From Klebsormidium nitens (lineage: Eukaryota; Plantae; Klebsormidiophyceae): a stretch of DNA of 48,222 bases. Within the stretch, counting starts at the first letter, position 1. Each line of letters opens with the position of its first letter. The DNA lies in contig DF237471.1 of NCBI GenBank assembly GCA_000708835.1, positions 1-48,222 of the forward strand. The letters run 5' to 3'. Positions 46,131 to 48,222 of the stretch are shown here, piece by piece. The position numbers were made by a program, and so were the translations under genes. The notes below the pieces were generated by a model. The model ran no database searches. It was not told the origin of the DNA and saw only the letters and a list, made by a program, of their open reading frames with translations.

Positions 46131-46835
46131 TTTCGTCACTGCCAGTGCATCATGCAGGTTCGGAGTTCTGTGCAAAACGACGTTCCCCTTATCGTTTCCT
46201 GCCAGACGGCCGCTATACTTTGCTTCTGTCTAAGAACAACCCGGCTCGATCAATCTGCAAGTGTCCATGCTTCCCTGTAGTATCCGCTTAAATTAACTTC
46301 TGTACGTGGCCCGTTCGGAAAGGTGGGCGCTGCCACGTATCATGATTATGTGTCCTGTGATAGACGCGAGGCTGAGCACGTATCATTCTCACGATATTCT
46401 GACGATGGTTTATAAAGCAGAGTGGGCAACTAGTAGCCTGGCGCTCCTGGCTCTGTCGTTCGTTTTAGCCGTTCTTGGTGCAAATAAAGTGACTTTCGCC
46501 TTTCCCATTGTTAAATTTTGGGCGCTCAGCGGCACCTGCAGATTATATGCTTCTCAACTTGCACCCCCTTGAAAGGTGTGGGATCGCAGCTGGACAGCTC
46601 CTCGTGCATCTGGCTTCTTTCTAAGGTCTTCTTACTCAAATTGAGCGTTCTAAGAGATGATGCTTACTTCTGACATTCGTGTGGATGTCCAATAGAGTAT
46701 GGTCGTCGTGTGAGCGTCCTTTCTAGTTGCAGGGTACCAACCGAAAGATTTTCTCATCAATTTGTGACATCCACTTACAGCCCAGTGGCGCCAATTGAGC
46801 GCTTTGATTCCGCACGCCTCCTAAGCTCGAGTGAC

Positions 46836-46916
46836 GTGGCAAGGAGGACGTTATGTATGGTGCTGTTTCAAACGCGCCAGTGACTCTGCTAGGTTTGAGT
46901 AAGCGCCCCGAGCTAC
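46836..46916 (+). ncRNA. K-turn module
   Basis: GTGGC-AAG-GAGG ... CCGA-GCTAC (G-U keeps the stem); internal GGTGC/GCGCC. Confidence 0.68.
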
Positions 46917-47082
46917 ACTCTCGAGCACTCTTCTCAGTGAACAGTTGGCAGAGAGCGTTACGCTCGCTTATGCTTCGCATTTCTCCAGAAACAAAAGTTT
47001 GAAACGGCGAATCCTTGTACTTTGATCATGCCAGTTCAGCTGGATAGGTGCCTCTAAGCAAGGGGTTGCATGAAGTTGGGAC

Positions 47083-47160
47083 TGTGGCAAAGGCGATGTC
47101 GCGTCCGAACACGTAAACGCGCCCTAAAGCAAGAATGATAGAATCAACGGGGGAGCCACA
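47083..47160 (+). ncRNA. Module (2b mutated)
   Basis: TGTGGC-AAA-GGCG ... GGGA-GCCACA; internal CGCGT/ACGCG. Confidence 0.5.
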
Positions 47161-47819
47161 ACACCCGGCGTTGCCAATCTTCTTCGAAAATTTCGTCCAA
47201 TTCCTTAACAACCACCTGATCGGTCTTTTTTTCTGATCCGTTTGTCTCCCTCCTTCCGTCCTTTCGGCGGTTGATGAGTCCGTTTCTTCCTGGCAGACGC
47301 TTGAGAAAGCCGTCCATGTTTTCCTTACCCCTGTTCTCGCCTTCCGGCTGATCGCTTTTTTCAAGTTTTTGGGCTGTACTCTTTGTGTATGCTGATGTAT
47401 CCTCTTCTGAATATCTGGTTCGTCCACTGGCCTTCCGGCCGGTATACGTTTCCGCTTCTCTAGTAATTTCCATCTCAATCCTCGTAGGCTCTGGCACTTT
47501 AGAAGCACTGCTCCTTTGTTTTGCGCACTCGTTTATCCACGATCATTCCGTTGCTACTCCGCCGCTTTTTGAATTGCTTGTTTCCTCCGAGTTCGCACCT
47601 TAATCCGCTCTATTGTAAGTCCGGCGCCCTTCTGTAGATTCACGCTCGCAACTTCCTTCCGTCCGTTTACTCAGTTTACTCCCTTTCGTCAGTAGATCTG
47701 AACCATCCAAATGGTCCGCTCTTTCTTCTCTTCAAATATCTCCTTCAGTTTATCTTCTTCAAAGATCAGCTAAAAGCTTGATTCACATCTCCGAGTAATG
47801 CCTAGGTTTTAATGCTGAC

Positions 47820-47898
47820 GTGGCAAGGAAGGAGCTCGCAGAAAAGTTCCTGGAACGGGGTTAGCAGGACTGGTGAGTTGATACGAGCCCCGAGCCAC
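47820..47898 (+). ncRNA. K-turn module
   Basis: GTGGC-AAG-GAAG ... CCGA-GCCAC; internal GAGCTCG/CGAGCCC. Confidence 0.68.
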
Positions 47899-48222
47899 CT
47901 TTTGGAAGATTTAACTCCGGCCAAATCACTTATTTGGTAAAGCTGTGACTCTAGTAGTTGGCTTAATTTTTCCTGGTCAGTGTCTAGGATTTCTAGAGAT
48001 TTACTTCGCTTGGGGTGATATTTTCAATCGATCTAGAGGGTCGTAACATCATGTCCGGCTGAGCTGGGGGAAACTCCTTTTCAACCACTAATGTCAGGAG
48101 ATGCTCTAGCTAGCGTCTAACAGTGACCTGCACATCTGAAGCATCCTATTGGTATGAATTAAGCGCTGATTGGAGCGACTTTCCTTTGGGAGCATAGAAG
48201 TGTGGAATTCCAAAATGATGAC

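Larger units (their letters stand above)
1128..47898 (+). ncRNA. Array of ~60 co-oriented K-turn-closed (box C/D-like) structured RNA modules
   Basis: Recurrent GGC-NNN-GA-NG ... N(T/C/G)GA-GCC pairs mostly 60-95 nt apart, all on +, with covarying terminal stems and internal hairpins; no long ORFs. Confidence 0.7.

Noticed and set aside
28021-47824. ACGTGGC ABRE-type promoter elements at some module starts
   Set aside because: Present in only a few modules and does not explain the paired 3' ends.
1128-47898. Modules as MITEs with GTGGC/GCCAC terminal inverted repeats
   Set aside because: No consistent target-site duplication, stems vary by covariation rather than fixed sequence, the inner ends are asymmetric (AAGGA vs TGA), and orientation is uniform.
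1128-47898. Modules as - strand tRNAs or tRNA-derived SINEs (GTGGCTCAG resembles an A box)
   Set aside because: No B box (GTTCRA), no cloverleaf, no poly-A/T tails.
1128-47898. CRISPR array
   Set aside because: No near-identical direct repeats with uniform short spacers and no cas genes.
1128-47898. Motifs as remnants of a - strand protein repeat (AQ...TSLP or GS...DVLAT)
   Set aside because: The reading frame is not preserved between the two motifs across copies, while base-pair covariation is.

Overview
This 48 kb window has no credible intact protein-coding gene: the longest listed ORF is 210 aa, and the longer ORFs mostly track low-complexity C/T-rich DNA. I recognised no rRNA, tRNA, CRISPR array or transposase. 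The dominant structure is a co-oriented (+ strand) array of roughly 60 (manual count) structured modules, most 60-95 nt, spaced about 0.15-1.5 kb apart. Each module has a 5' stem half (mostly N-T/C-GGC), a 3-nt bulge (mostly AAG), GA-N-G, a variable interior that nearly always holds a hairpin, then C/T-T/C/G-GA and the complementary 3' stem half (GCC-A/G-N). This is the geometry of a kink-turn closed by box C/D-like motifs, with a C motif (AAGGA-C/A/T-G) closer to the U3 C' box than to canonical RUGAUGA. The terminal stems and the pairs next to the tandem GA covary across unrelated modules. The array grew by tandem and dispersed segmental duplication, contains decayed copies, and is punctuated by GC-rich promoter-like islands and + strand CCGT-rich pyrimidine tracts. 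A module-free gap lies at about 31.1-36.4 kb. The best interpretation (inference) is a very large, lineage-amplified cluster of orphan box C/D-like (K-turn) small RNA genes in a eukaryote; the organism cannot be determined from the sequence. Alternatives are a multi-K-turn lncRNA scaffold or structured recombination sites. Expression is not shown.
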